64,000 nt of DNA from a virus (taxonomy: Duplodnaviria > Caudoviricetes), in the IMG/VR virus record IMGVR_UViG_3300032303_001959, positions 8,845-72,844 of that record. One strand, given 5' to 3'. Positions 29,151 to 39,052 of this stretch are shown piece after piece. The translations under genes and the position numbers were made by a program. Below the pieces are notes generated by a model. The model was not told the origin of the DNA. It searched no databases and saw only the letters and a list, made by a program, of their open reading frames with translations. How positions within the stretch are numbered: position 1 is the first letter of the stretch; every line of letters starts with the position of its first letter.

Positions 29151-29504
29151 ATGGTGTTACAGGAGAACTGTAAACAACGCGTCACCTCTGCGTTTTTGAA
29201 ACAGCCGAGTTCCTATCCTCTGCCTCAGGAAATAGCAAAAAGCACATTCACAGAGATTGTTCATGTGATGACGCGGGGCGGGAAATCAAAAACAGGTTCA
29301 ACAAAATCAGGCCCCGGGCAATGGTTTACCCGGGATTCGATCCGATATTCTGCGGATCGAGCAGTGAGCCATATGGCCACCGCAATGATGATGTTGGACG
29401 GGAATAAAAAAGAGGACAAAGAGGGCGTCGTCGGACACCTGCAAAGAGCTTTATGCAGGGCAGCGATGGTTCTTTATAAAATAAGAAAGGGTCAGAAAAA
29501 ATGA
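29151..29504 (+). CDS. possible dATP/dGTP diphosphohydrolase-like (DUF5664-like) protein
   Basis: EIVHVMTRG...QW...RYSADRAVSHM...D.EG..GHLQRALCR loosely matches the family pattern. Confidence 0.35.
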   Translation: MVLQENCKQRVTSAFLKQPSSYPLPQEIAKSTFTEIVHVMTRGGKSKTGSTKSGPGQWFTRDSIRYSADRAVSHMATAMMMLDGNKKEDKEGVVGHLQRALCRAAMVLYKIRKGQKK

Positions 29505-29761
29505 AAGCCAAAGGGAAAGCGCAGATTTACAACAAGAGAACAGGCAAAGATATCGGTCAGATCAAGGTGTTGGATGTGAGGGAAGCTGACACCGTTGAGA
29601 TCGATCTTCAGATGGAAGACAATGTATATAACGAATTCGTCTATTTTGGGAGGAAAGATGCTACGAGGGACGATTTCTTCAGCATCGCGTTCAAAAAGAT
29701 GCTGGCAGAAACAATTCAGGATTTAGAGAAGAAGAAAAAGAAACGAGGGCATAATGATTAA
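29501..29761 (+). CDS. hypothetical protein
   Basis: 86 aa, ATGA overlap with the upstream gene. Confidence 0.55.
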   Translation: MKAKGKAQIYNKRTGKDIGQIKVLDVREADTVEIDLQMEDNVYNEFVYFGRKDATRDDFFSIAFKKMLAETIQDLEKKKKKRGHND

Positions 29762-29951
29762 TACCTTTTTGATGAGTATCTTTCTCAAGCTTGCTCAACG
29801 CTGGTTTGGGTTTACCGACATCTACTGCCCAAATGATCAGGTAGAGGCGATCATTTTTGCGGTCGACAAAAAGCAACATCACGAAGCCATAAAGTCTGCT
29901 GCAAAATTCTTATATGAAGCCAAAGACGAAAGAACAGCCGTCGGCGTTTAA
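29754..29951 (+). CDS. hypothetical protein
   Basis: 65 aa, overlaps the previous stop. Confidence 0.5.
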   Translation: MINTFLMSIFLKLAQRWFGFTDIYCPNDQVEAIIFAVDKKQHHEAIKSAAKFLYEAKDERTAVGV

Positions 29952-29999
29952 CGTCGACGTGCCTGAACTAAACGAAAGAAACGATTACGGATATCCCAT

Positions 30000-30254
30000 A
30001 TGGACGAAATTAGAAATACAGCGAATGAAGCTCCAAATCGAGAAGTCGAAATTGGAGAAGAAGTAGCCGACGTCTTTAACCCAATCTTTATGAGAACATC
30101 AGAACAAATACTCGAGCTCGGTCTCCGGCAAATGCGCGAGGAGAACGAATCCCTGTCATCAGAGAACCGTCGTCTTAAGGACGAAATACGGACTCTCATC
30201 GAGCAAGCCCGCCGTGCCGGGTTTGTGGGTGCCACCAAAGACACGCATCCGTGA
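30000..30254 (+). CDS. hypothetical coiled-coil protein
   Basis: 84 aa, LRQMREENESLSSENRRLKDEI. Confidence 0.45.
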   Translation: MDEIRNTANEAPNREVEIGEEVADVFNPIFMRTSEQILELGLRQMREENESLSSENRRLKDEIRTLIEQARRAGFVGATKDTHP

Positions 30255-30399
30255 TCCAACTGGAATTCCCATTTATGAAAGACCTTTACCCGACAACCGA
30301 AGCAACTTCCCAGGGTACAACCACAACCGTGAATTACACCTTTGGTGCTGCGATTGAAAGCGTAAGCACCACAACTCACACAACGAAAGGAAACTCAGA

Positions 30400-30636
30400 A
30401 TGAGCGTAGACGTAAGAGTACGCATTTCAGCGGTCGAGGGTGAACTCAAGTTTGAAGTTCACACCGATCATATGGATGCACAACCAGTCGAAAAGACGGT
30501 AGCGGAGGAGCTCAAGGGCCTCACCTGCCGGATGCTTGACCTATATCTCGAAACCCTCAAGGAACCCAAAGAAGAAATCCAAGCCGAATGCGAAACATTG
30601 CCATCGATTTCGAATCCTACTACGACAACGAGCTGA
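30400..30636 (+). CDS. hypothetical protein
   Basis: 78 aa, SD-like AAGGA upstream. Confidence 0.5.
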   Translation: MSVDVRVRISAVEGELKFEVHTDHMDAQPVEKTVAEELKGLTCRMLDLYLETLKEPKEEIQAECETLPSISNPTTTTS

Positions 30637-32348
30637 GCATTAAGACGCTCGGCCAGTGGCACTACCTACGCGATCCGCGTGGGGAGATCTACATGGTGTC
30701 GATGGTTGGTGACGGTATTGAGCCGTATTGCGGTCCCGTGGACAAGGCTCCCTGGGACAAGATCGACGGCTGCCGGTGGATTGCGCACAACTACAGCTTT
30801 GACGGAGCTTGTGTTGAGGCTCTTGGTGGCCGAATCAAGCCGAAGCCCGCGGATTTCTTCTGCACGGCCAATCTTGCGGCTTACCTTGGGTCTCCTAGAG
30901 ATCTGGAGGGCGCCTGCACGAACCTCCTTGGTAAGGAGATTTCGAAGGATCCTCGTAAAAAGATGAAGGGCAAGAAGTGGTCTGATATCATCAATACTGA
31001 GTTTGCGGAAGAGATGACGCAATACGCTTTAGCGGACTCTGTGAGCTGTTTGGAGCTCTACAAGAAGTACGGATCGGAAATGCCGGAGATCGAGCGCAAG
31101 CTGTCCAAGCACACGATTGAGATGGCGTGGAAGGGTTTTGCGATTGATCAGCCTCTAGTAAGAGAAGGCATCAAGAAGCTCGATAAAATCAAGTGGGAAG
31201 CAGAACAGAAGCTCCCGTGGATGGACAAAGGAGATGGCGTTGTTCTCTCCATCAAGAATTTTAGGGCCGAGTGTATCAACCAAGGTATCCCCTGGCCGGA
31301 TTCCCTTTCAGAAGATTCCGAAGAGTGTGCGGTATGGGAAAAGAAATACGGCGACAAGGTTCCTTTTGTTGCCGCCATGCGGGATTGGAGAAAATCCAAT
31401 TCCTACTTGGTCAAGATGAAGGTGCTCGATTCTCGTGTGCGTCCAGATATGACGGCGTCTTACGGCATGAAGTTCTTCGGGGCACATACGGGTCGGTTTA
31501 GCGGAGATAGCCGCTTTAACGTCCAGAATTTGCCTAGGGAACCCCATTTCGGCGTCGATATGCGGGGCTGTATCATTCCTCGCCCAGGCAAGAAGTTCAT
31601 CGTTTGCGATCTGTCCCAGATTGAACCCAGGGTTCTGGCTTGGTTGTCCGGGAATACAACCCTCCTGGAAGCCGTCCGTAAAGGATATGGCATCTACGAA
31701 GCCTTTGCCATCTCAGCCAATCTCTGGAACGGAGAAAAAGGAACACTTAAGAAAACCAATACAGCCATGTACCAGCTTGCCAAGGCAATGGTGCTGGGTC
31801 TTGGGTACGGCGCAGGAGCAAAGAAGTTCGCCTACATGGCCAACACAGCATACGGCCTGGAGATCGATGAAGCTCAAGCGGCAAACATTGTTAGAACATA
31901 CCGATCTAAAAATCATCACGTCGTCAATTTCTGGAAGAAGTTAGAAACGGCTTACAAACAATCCAAAGCAGACGGACAATACGAGATCGAGCTTCCCTCC
32001 TGGAGAAGCCTCAGATACCGCAACATCCGCACACAAAACCTCGCAAGCGGATACGCGGGATACACAGCTCAGACCATCATGGGTGGTCCTCACGTCAATT
32101 TCTACGGCGGGAACTTATGTAATAACACCGTTCAGGCTACAGCCCGGGATGTCATGGCCGAATGCATCCTCCGATTGGAAAAGGCTGGCCTACCCCTTGT
32201 CCTTCACGTTCACGACGAAGCCGTTGTGGAGGTCGACAAGGATGTTAAACCAAAAGATGTGGAAATGTTGATGTCGGTAACCCCGGACTGGTTACAAGGC
32301 TGCCCGGTCGCAGCCGAGGCCGTGGAAACCGACAGATACGTTAAATAG
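30588..32348 (+). CDS. polA: DNA polymerase family A with 3'-5' exonuclease
   Basis: AIDFESYY (ExoI), HNYSFD, DLSQIEPR (motif A), KAMVLGLGYG (motif B), HVHDE (motif C). Confidence 0.95.
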   Translation: MRNIAIDFESYYDNELSIKTLGQWHYLRDPRGEIYMVSMVGDGIEPYCGPVDKAPWDKIDGCRWIAHNYSFDGACVEALGGRIKPKPADFFCTANLAAYLGSPRDLEGACTNLLGKEISKDPRKKMKGKKWSDIINTEFAEEMTQYALADSVSCLELYKKYGSEMPEIERKLSKHTIEMAWKGFAIDQPLVREGIKKLDKIKWEAEQKLPWMDKGDGVVLSIKNFRAECINQGIPWPDSLSEDSEECAVWEKKYGDKVPFVAAMRDWRKSNSYLVKMKVLDSRVRPDMTASYGMKFFGAHTGRFSGDSRFNVQNLPREPHFGVDMRGCIIPRPGKKFIVCDLSQIEPRVLAWLSGNTTLLEAVRKGYGIYEAFAISANLWNGEKGTLKKTNTAMYQLAKAMVLGLGYGAGAKKFAYMANTAYGLEIDEAQAANIVRTYRSKNHHVVNFWKKLETAYKQSKADGQYEIELPSWRSLRYRNIRTQNLASGYAGYTAQTIMGGPHVNFYGGNLCNNTVQATARDVMAECILRLEKAGLPLVLHVHDEAVVEVDKDVKPKDVEMLMSVTPDWLQGCPVAAEAVETDRYVK

Positions 32349-32359
32349 GAGTAAATAAA

Positions 32360-32533
32360 ATGGATAACGCGAGGTACATAGTGTTGAGAGACGGTTCAAG
32401 AGTGTCCGATAGGACGCACCGGAGCAAATTGGACGCACAAGTCGAGGCTGATTACTGGCACGATATTGTCAGGAGGTGGCCAGACGGGTCTGTAGTCCGA
32501 ATCGAAACCATATTCTTTAAAAGCCGGGAGTAA
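32360..32533 (+). CDS. hypothetical protein, 57 aa
   Basis: Not in the ORF track. AGGAG SD; MDNARYIVLRDGSRV... Confidence 0.55.
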   Translation: MDNARYIVLRDGSRVSDRTHRSKLDAQVEADYWHDIVRRWPDGSVVRIETIFFKSRE

Positions 32534-32537
32534 GGCC

Positions 32538-34655
32538 ATGAGTCTTTACGCCCTGAAGAATCTGGCTTCCCTGGAGGTAACTCCAGTCGACGCCTGGCTT
32601 CACACAACCCCACTACCCAACATGACCAAGGAGGAGTTTTCCTCCTGGTCTACCAACCCCTCGACAGACTGGCTGTTTGTGTCCGGCTTTGAGGGTCGTG
32701 CACCCAACCTGCGTGTCTCCCGTGAGAACCAGGCGGTCAAGATGCACGCCCTTGTAGCCGACTACGATGCCCAGATTACAGCTGAGGAAATGCTTGAAGG
32801 TCTTACTCGTCGCTCAAAAGCCGGGATGAAACCCGCCTACGCCCACCGAACAATTAGTGGTGGGGTAAGAGTTATCTGGCTGTTTGAGAAACCCGTAGCC
32901 ATCGCACCTGGGATATTTGATCCCTTCATCACTCGTCTGATGAAGGAGCTCAATGTCCGTAAACTGTTCCCTGGGCTGGATGACAACATCCGTAAGCCAG
33001 AACAGTACTACGCCTGGAACCCTCCAGCCACCGAGGTCAGCGACAACCGAGTTAAGTTTGATACCCTCTGTGCACTTCTAGCTTCAGCCTTTGACGCCTC
33101 TCACCGCTACCGTGGTGAGGGAGATACCGAGATACCTGTAGATAAGATCAAGGAACGGGTAGAGAGCCTGTTCCCCGGTCGACTTCGTGGGTCTCTGGAC
33201 ATCAACGGACGTTGTAATGCTTTTTGGTCTCCGGATTCCAACAATCCGTCGGCTTGTATCGTTACGGCAACCGGGATGGTTTCATTCTCGCAGGATCGGG
33301 CGTTTTATCCTTGGGCAGATATCTTGGGTGCGGATTGGGTCGATGAATTTAACAACACTCGTCTGGGCGGACCTCTGGGTTCGTACTGGTACGACGGAAG
33401 TAAGTATTGGCGCAGGGACATGGAAGGCAGCTGGAGAGACGCACCTTCGGAGACAGCTCGCAAGGACATTGCAGGCTTGTTCGGTTTGAGTCTCACCAGC
33501 GATGCCCGAGGAGATATGTCCGAGACCGACGAGGCTATGCTTCGCATTCGGGAAAACCGTCGTGTCGATGCCACCGGCCCCGTGCTTTACAGCCATGAAG
33601 AGCTCGTGCGATTTGGCAGCCGATGCATCCTCAACACATCCAGGGTAAAGGTCATGCCCCCAAGCACGCTCGTGGGCGAGTGGGGCGAGCACTTCCCTTG
33701 GACAGCGAGTCTGTTGGACGAGTTCTTCGATCCGTCTGACAGTCTCCAGTACTTCCTGGCCTGGCTGAAACGGTTCTATACCACAGCCAGTGCCGGGGCC
33801 CCCGCCCAAGGTCAGGCCGTGTTTATCGCCGGTCCGGTCGAACAAGGAAAAACCCTAATCGGTACCAAGATTGTCGCCGCGCTAATGGGAGGAGGTTGCG
33901 ATGCCTCCTCTCACATCAGTGGTGGGGATCAGTTCAATAACGAGCTCTTCGAAGTTGGCGTGCTCAACATTGACGATACCGTCGCTTCGACCAGCTACGA
34001 GAAACACCTTCTCTTCACCAACTCGATCAAGAAGTTCGTCGCCAACACTCAGCATCGTCACCGTGCGATGCGCGAGAATCCAACGACGATCAACTGGATC
34101 GGGCGGATCATCTTCACGCTGAATGATGACCCCGAATCGATGAGGGCGATCCCCTACACCGACACCTCAATCCTGGACAAGATCATGCTCTTCAAAGCGA
34201 GGCACCGGAAGTTCCCCTTCCCTCCCCGCCAGGAGATCGATCGGATCTTAGCCAGGGAGTTGCCCAACTTTGCCCGCTGGCTCCTTGACTGGACACCAGC
34301 CTCGCATCTGGAAGGCACCAACCGGTTCGGCGTAACGAATTATCATCACCCCGACATTTTGGAAGATACGAGAACAACCCACCCTAACCACGCTTTCTCC
34401 GAACTCCTCGATAAGTACCTCATCAACTACAAAATCGCGGCGAACGGGAAAAACCCAAAACAGTGGGTTGGTTCAGCAACCGACCTACTCAACAACATGC
34501 TTAATGATGCCGAGCTCGAAAAGCTCGCGCGTCATTACGTTTCAAGTCCGGACCGCATGGGTCAGAGATTGGCCAAAATTATGGCTATCCGACCTGAGCA
34601 GGTTATCCGGCGCAAATCAGGAGGAAAAATAACATGGGAAATCAATCTGGAGTAA
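32538..34655 (+). CDS. primase-helicase (AEP/PrimPol N-terminus, SF3-like C-terminus)
   Basis: LVADYD and HRTISGGVRVIW (AEP-like); GPVEQGKT Walker A and LNIDD Walker B. Confidence 0.8.
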   Translation: MSLYALKNLASLEVTPVDAWLHTTPLPNMTKEEFSSWSTNPSTDWLFVSGFEGRAPNLRVSRENQAVKMHALVADYDAQITAEEMLEGLTRRSKAGMKPAYAHRTISGGVRVIWLFEKPVAIAPGIFDPFITRLMKELNVRKLFPGLDDNIRKPEQYYAWNPPATEVSDNRVKFDTLCALLASAFDASHRYRGEGDTEIPVDKIKERVESLFPGRLRGSLDINGRCNAFWSPDSNNPSACIVTATGMVSFSQDRAFYPWADILGADWVDEFNNTRLGGPLGSYWYDGSKYWRRDMEGSWRDAPSETARKDIAGLFGLSLTSDARGDMSETDEAMLRIRENRRVDATGPVLYSHEELVRFGSRCILNTSRVKVMPPSTLVGEWGEHFPWTASLLDEFFDPSDSLQYFLAWLKRFYTTASAGAPAQGQAVFIAGPVEQGKTLIGTKIVAALMGGGCDASSHISGGDQFNNELFEVGVLNIDDTVASTSYEKHLLFTNSIKKFVANTQHRHRAMRENPTTINWIGRIIFTLNDDPESMRAIPYTDTSILDKIMLFKARHRKFPFPPRQEIDRILARELPNFARWLLDWTPASHLEGTNRFGVTNYHHPDILEDTRTTHPNHAFSELLDKYLINYKIAANGKNPKQWVGSATDLLNNMLNDAELEKLARHYVSSPDRMGQRLAKIMAIRPEQVIRRKSGGKITWEINLE

Positions 34656-35290
34656 TCGAGCCACAGAGATCGGTGGCACCACTATTTAGCACCCCGCTGT
34701 TCATCTCGCAGCTGGGACAACCCGACAGCCAATCTGTCGCGGTCGTTAAAAAGGCGGATATGCGTCGCGTTAAAGCCGACAACGGATGGGCTTCCGTCGA
34801 CACCAGGATTCTGGATGTCCCGGACATGCAGTATCTGAAGGGCTCCATCCTTCGAGAGATCAATGCGTATGCATTCGAAGCTCTCGGCCTAAAGAGAAAG
34901 TATCAGTTCCAAATTACCAACTCTTGGGTCATGAAGCACCAGAAGGGTGACTTTTCTCACGCTCATGCACACGAGAATTCACTGATCTCGGGTGTCTACT
35001 ATGTAGAGACCTACGAGAACAGCGGCCCAATCTTGTTCTCCAAGTCCTACAAAGACTTGAACCTATTCCCCGCTTTCTTTGGCTGGGAATTTGAGAAGAG
35101 AGACATCTTGAGTGCAGACGTGTGGCCCGTGCTGCCCAAGAACGGAATGTTGGTTTTGTTTCCTTCTCACCTGTCGCATCACGTGGAACCGAGTCAAGCA
35201 GATGCCGACCGGTACTGCATTGCCTTCAACGTGTTTGTGAAAGGTAAGTTCGGCTCAGAAGAAACCTTCAGTGCCCTGGAGATCCTATGA
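34634..35290 (+). CDS. 2OG-Fe(II) oxygenase (TIGR02466-like)
   Basis: SWVMKH..GD...HAHENSLISGVYY, LFPSHLSHHV, RYCIAFN. Confidence 0.85.
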   Translation: MGNQSGVIEPQRSVAPLFSTPLFISQLGQPDSQSVAVVKKADMRRVKADNGWASVDTRILDVPDMQYLKGSILREINAYAFEALGLKRKYQFQITNSWVMKHQKGDFSHAHAHENSLISGVYYVETYENSGPILFSKSYKDLNLFPAFFGWEFEKRDILSADVWPVLPKNGMLVLFPSHLSHHVEPSQADADRYCIAFNVFVKGKFGSEETFSALEIL

Positions 35291-35586
35291 ACGGCATGGT
35301 TATTTGCTCCATTGTCATCGTCTTCATGATCATCGTCCCGGTGTGCGTCGCTTTTGGATTGTGGTTTAAGGACCGCAAAGACGAAGAGCGGAGAGGATAT
35401 TGGGACGCAGAATGAGAAAGAGAAAACGAATCCGAAACATCACGGTTCGAAAACCCTGGTACGTCGAAAACAAGTTTGGCGTGTGGAAGACCACCCCCTT
35501 TGGGGTTTGTGAGAGAATCAGGCGGCAACGTCCTGGCTTTTTTACCCGCCTATTGAGGTGGTTTTTGGAGCAGTTAAACTAGCTCG

Positions 35587-35826
35587 ATGACGCTGGATCA
35601 GATCAAAGCTTTCTCCAATTCCGTATCCACTTGGATCATCAACGGAATGAAGACGGCTACGGATGAACAGCGTGCTGCGAGATATGCCATCTGTCAGGCG
35701 TGTCCAAACTTTGATCAACGAGTGTTCTGTGGTCATGGAGTTTGCAAGATTTGTGGGTGCAATATGCGTACAAAAACGGTGTTCCCCCACGAGAAATGTC
35801 CCATTGATAAATGGGGAAAGGTTTAA
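35587..35826 (+). CDS. small Cys-rich (metal-binding) protein
   Basis: RYAICQACP...CKICGC...CPIDKW. Confidence 0.65.
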   Translation: MTLDQIKAFSNSVSTWIINGMKTATDEQRAARYAICQACPNFDQRVFCGHGVCKICGCNMRTKTVFPHEKCPIDKWGKV

Positions 35827-35828
35827 CC

Positions 35829-36062
35829 ATGCCACTAGGTAAAAGAGATTACGCCAAGGAATACCGGGAGTATCACGGTAAGCCTGATCAAATTAAACGT
35901 CGTGCTGGTCGTAACGCTGCTCGTCGAACGATGACTAAACGTCGTGGGCTGGCTGCTATGCGTGGAAAAGACGTCAATCACAAGGACGGCAACACCATGA
36001 ATAATGCAGCGTCGAACCTGAATCTTGAGTCAAAGAGCGTGAATCGCGGACGAAAGTATTGA
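35829..36062 (+). CDS. HNH endonuclease-like protein
   Basis: RDYAKEYREYHG...RNAARR...DVNHKDGNTMNN..SNL...NR. Confidence 0.7.
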   Translation: MPLGKRDYAKEYREYHGKPDQIKRRAGRNAARRTMTKRRGLAAMRGKDVNHKDGNTMNNAASNLNLESKSVNRGRKY

Positions 36063-36078
36063 CTAATTCAAGACAGTA
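36057..36078 (+). promoter_or_regulatory. conserved promoter/operator box, start of cassette 1
   Basis: TATTGAC-TAATTCAA-GACAGTA-TT-TAATAT, overlapping the HNH stop. Confidence 0.7.
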
Positions 36079-36094
36079 TTTAATATAGGAAGTT

Positions 36095-36418
36095 ATGGCA
36101 TACGAACCCTCCAGCAGCGACAACGAGAATTATTCTTTACGGAAAATCAATCAGCTAGCCTCGGATTCTGAAAAGGATTCGAGTCTTTCCCTGGGGCAGT
36201 TTGGAGCCGTTTACAAGACTGCTGCCGGCGCTCTTACGGGCGGGCCTTGGGGCGCTATTCAGGCGACGGCCACGGCGGTCGTTAACGTAACATCGGGCAA
36301 CTGGACTGATAGTGATGCAACGACGGCCGTTGATATTGCAGCGGGAGCAACCATTTTTGGTTCTTTCTCCGCAATCACGCTCACCAGCGGAAAAATTATT
36401 GCTTACAAAAGCGCTTAA
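36095..36418 (+). CDS. small beta-rich putative virion protein (cassette gene A)
   Basis: 107 aa, GPWGAIQA...FSAITLTSGKIIAYK. Confidence 0.55.
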   Translation: MAYEPSSSDNENYSLRKINQLASDSEKDSSLSLGQFGAVYKTAAGALTGGPWGAIQATATAVVNVTSGNWTDSDATTAVDIAAGATIFGSFSAITLTSGKIIAYKSA

Positions 36419-36424
36419 ACGGCC

Positions 36425-38410
36425 ATGCCGAAACTCGGCTTAGGCTTATTGTTATCGCGTTCTAGGGGTGCTAGTAGCGCAGTCAATTCTTCAAATGTAA
36501 TAAATTTTACTTTGTCGAATTATACTCCTTCTTCGCCAAACTTCTCTTTTAATTCTATACCCAATTATACTAATTATGTAGACCCTAATATTGCATATTC
36601 TCTGCCTTTATCTTCCCCAGTTGTAGGAAAATTAAATGTTTCTTATGTGTCCTTGGTTTCTCGGGTTTTTATAACAAAAGTTACATCTAGGGATTTTTGG
36701 TATCTGAACGACTACGGAGGCTATTCATATACTAGTTATTACTTTATTTTGAATAATAACGGGTCTACATTTACAAAAGATTTCTATAGGCGTGAGCTTG
36801 CTGGTACAGATTATAAAGGAAATGAGTATTATGATTTTTTTTATGAGACAACTTGGACATTAAGCTGGAACGGAACCGCTTGGCAGTTATTTGGAAAAGC
36901 AAATGTTGGTAGCACAGCAGGTGTTTTAAAAACTTATGTTGGGGGGTCTGCGTCTGCTCTGCCTTCCCCACCTGTATGGGGAAATGATTTAGATTTAGAT
37001 TATTATATTAATTACACTAATTCGCTGAGCGACAGCAATATGAACGGAGCTTCTAATCAACTTTATTTTGCAACGCAGTCTTCTAATAATGTTTATAAAG
37101 CAAAAACTATTACTTCAACACTTACGCAAACAGGAAAATTAGGATTAATTTTTAATTTCTTATTACCTTCAGTTTACACTACTGGTTCGCCTTCTGTTTC
37201 TTCATCCTTTAGTAACTCTTATACAAGTTTATTTAGTCCCCTATTTAATTTTTTATCAGCCCAGATTAATGCTTTTACTTCACCTATATCTTCAGATATT
37301 TATTTACCGAAAGATGCTGTTTCGTCCACTTCAATATCTTTAACTACTAATGGAGATTTAACTGATTTAACTAGCCAAGCTTTATCCTCTTTAAGTCAAA
37401 CAAGCACTACTCTTACTAATAGTAATTTTTCAGCAGTAACATATTCTATATCCGCTGATCTAACTGAAAACACTACTTCTTCTAATCGAGCCATATCGAT
37501 TAGTGGCACAAAAACATACGATAATACATCATTTACTGCGGCCTCCAATGCCTACCAGATAGGCACTACAGCCCCAAGCCCGAGTATTTCAATATCTTCA
37601 AATAATACAACTCCAAGGAACTTTTATCTTACCCATATAGGAAGCGGGTTTAGTACTAGAACTCTAGGTGAAAATGAAGGGATAGCTTTTTGGGATTCTA
37701 CACGAAAGTTGTGGGCAATACCAAAAATGGGGCAATATATTAGATATTATGGTGGAAAATACGAATTTATTAACATAAATGGGACAACTATAGAGACCTC
37801 TGCTGGGTCTAATCCTTGGCTTGCTAATACAGATGCTTGTTCACCAACAGTAATGCCTTGGAATGCTAGGTGGCAACAAAACATAGATGTATCTAAACAT
37901 TATTTTGATAGTATGCAAAAGCCGACAACTCTTAATATTGACACAACATTTAAGTTTCCTTTAAGTGGTGTTAATATATCTTCATTTAAAATCAAATCTT
38001 CTCAAAGAAATATTGGTGGGTATCTTATTGATAATTTTAAACTTGGTCAGTATAGAAAATTGGCATTTATGGGTATAAATGCAAAAGCCCCGCAATCAGG
38101 TTATCCCGATAGTGGGGTTCGTATGTACTACAGCTATGCAGAAAATAAATGGTTTTTAGTTATATATGAATCTGTTTCATATAAAGGCAATTCTTCTGGA
38201 AACGCTTACACATATTCAGCACCTTATTCAACTTCGTTTCCAATTACATTTACCTATGTGTCGAGAGCTAATACTTCTTCATCCACAATTGCAACAACTT
38301 TACAAGTTTCAAAGGATACTACAACAGCTTTTGATGATGTTTATACTCTTGCCGACGCAACTTACCCCATCACAATTCCAGTAGATACAGCTTTTTCATC
38401 TATTTGGTAA
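36425..38410 (+). CDS. Ser/Thr/Tyr-rich putative virion accessory protein B1
   Basis: 661 aa, starts MPKLGLGL, AT-rich, W-rich beta motifs (TLSWNGTAWQL). Confidence 0.6.
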   Translation: MPKLGLGLLLSRSRGASSAVNSSNVINFTLSNYTPSSPNFSFNSIPNYTNYVDPNIAYSLPLSSPVVGKLNVSYVSLVSRVFITKVTSRDFWYLNDYGGYSYTSYYFILNNNGSTFTKDFYRRELAGTDYKGNEYYDFFYETTWTLSWNGTAWQLFGKANVGSTAGVLKTYVGGSASALPSPPVWGNDLDLDYYINYTNSLSDSNMNGASNQLYFATQSSNNVYKAKTITSTLTQTGKLGLIFNFLLPSVYTTGSPSVSSSFSNSYTSLFSPLFNFLSAQINAFTSPISSDIYLPKDAVSSTSISLTTNGDLTDLTSQALSSLSQTSTTLTNSNFSAVTYSISADLTENTTSSNRAISISGTKTYDNTSFTAASNAYQIGTTAPSPSISISSNNTTPRNFYLTHIGSGFSTRTLGENEGIAFWDSTRKLWAIPKMGQYIRYYGGKYEFININGTTIETSAGSNPWLANTDACSPTVMPWNARWQQNIDVSKHYFDSMQKPTTLNIDTTFKFPLSGVNISSFKIKSSQRNIGGYLIDNFKLGQYRKLAFMGINAKAPQSGYPDSGVRMYYSYAENKWFLVIYESVSYKGNSSGNAYTYSAPYSTSFPITFTYVSRANTSSSTIATTLQVSKDTTTAFDDVYTLADATYPITIPVDTAFSSIW

Positions 38411-38431
38411 ACAATAAAAAGGAAATAAAAT

Positions 38432-38974
38432 ATGATATTTTTTAAATACGATCAAACTAAAAGTATACTAGCTTTCTTAGGAAGAAGTGGTTCCTCATCT
38501 TTTACTAAAGCTTTTATTGGAGAAGAAGCTTTTAATAATTTTACTCCATCAGAAGGAAAAGCGACTCCTCATATTCTCAATAAAGTTTGTTATAAGTACC
38601 AGCTTTTAGAAAACCTATACCCGGATTACACAATCTATGCAGTAATAAGGCATCCATTTGAAAGATTTCAAAGTGCTATGAACCACAAGAAGAAGTCTTT
38701 TGAGTATTTCTTAGAAAATCCTTTCGATGTGCATACTAAAAACGCATACGAACTAATCAAAGGATTAAATGTAGTGGCTTACAGATTTGAAGACGGGGGA
38801 GTTAATAATTGTGCAAAGGCTATGGGTCTGGACAACTTTGAAAAGATTAACTCGACCGACCATGTAATTACTTTAACAGACGAGCAAAAAGCTATTCTTT
38901 CTGAGAAATATGCAAAAGATATAGAGCTTTGGAACAGCATTGATGAGAATGGAAAAGCTATATTTGTAGAGTAG
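38432..38974 (+). CDS. sulfotransferase-like protein C1
   Basis: 5'-PSB-like loop GRSGSSSF, 3'-PB motif VIRHPFERFQS, C-terminal EKYAKDIEL. Confidence 0.7.
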   Translation: MIFFKYDQTKSILAFLGRSGSSSFTKAFIGEEAFNNFTPSEGKATPHILNKVCYKYQLLENLYPDYTIYAVIRHPFERFQSAMNHKKKSFEYFLENPFDVHTKNAYELIKGLNVVAYRFEDGGVNNCAKAMGLDNFEKINSTDHVITLTDEQKAILSEKYAKDIELWNSIDENGKAIFVE

Positions 38975-38996
38975 TATTGACTGTAAAAAGACAGTA
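38975..38996 (+). promoter_or_regulatory. conserved promoter/operator box, start of cassette 2
   Basis: TATTGAC-TGTAAAAA-GACAGTA directly after the C1 stop. Confidence 0.7.
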
Positions 38997-39013
38997 CATA
39001 ACCTAGAACAACC

Positions 39014-39046
39014 ATGGAATACGAACCCTCAAGTAAAAAAGCTTAA
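39014..39046 (+). pseudogene. 10-codon deletion remnant of cassette gene A (MEYEPSSKKA)
   Basis: ATGGAATACGAACCCTCAAGT matches the 36095 start ATGGCATACGAACCCTCCAGC (18/21) and is fused to an end resembling that gene's ...GCTTAA. Confidence 0.7.
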
Positions 39047-39052
39047 GTTGTT

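Noticed and set aside
29151-32348. 2-aminoadenine (Z) or 7-deazaguanine genome
   Set aside because: No PurZ, DatZ, DpdA, QueC/D/E or FolE-like ORF in the window; a weak DUF5664-like match is not enough.
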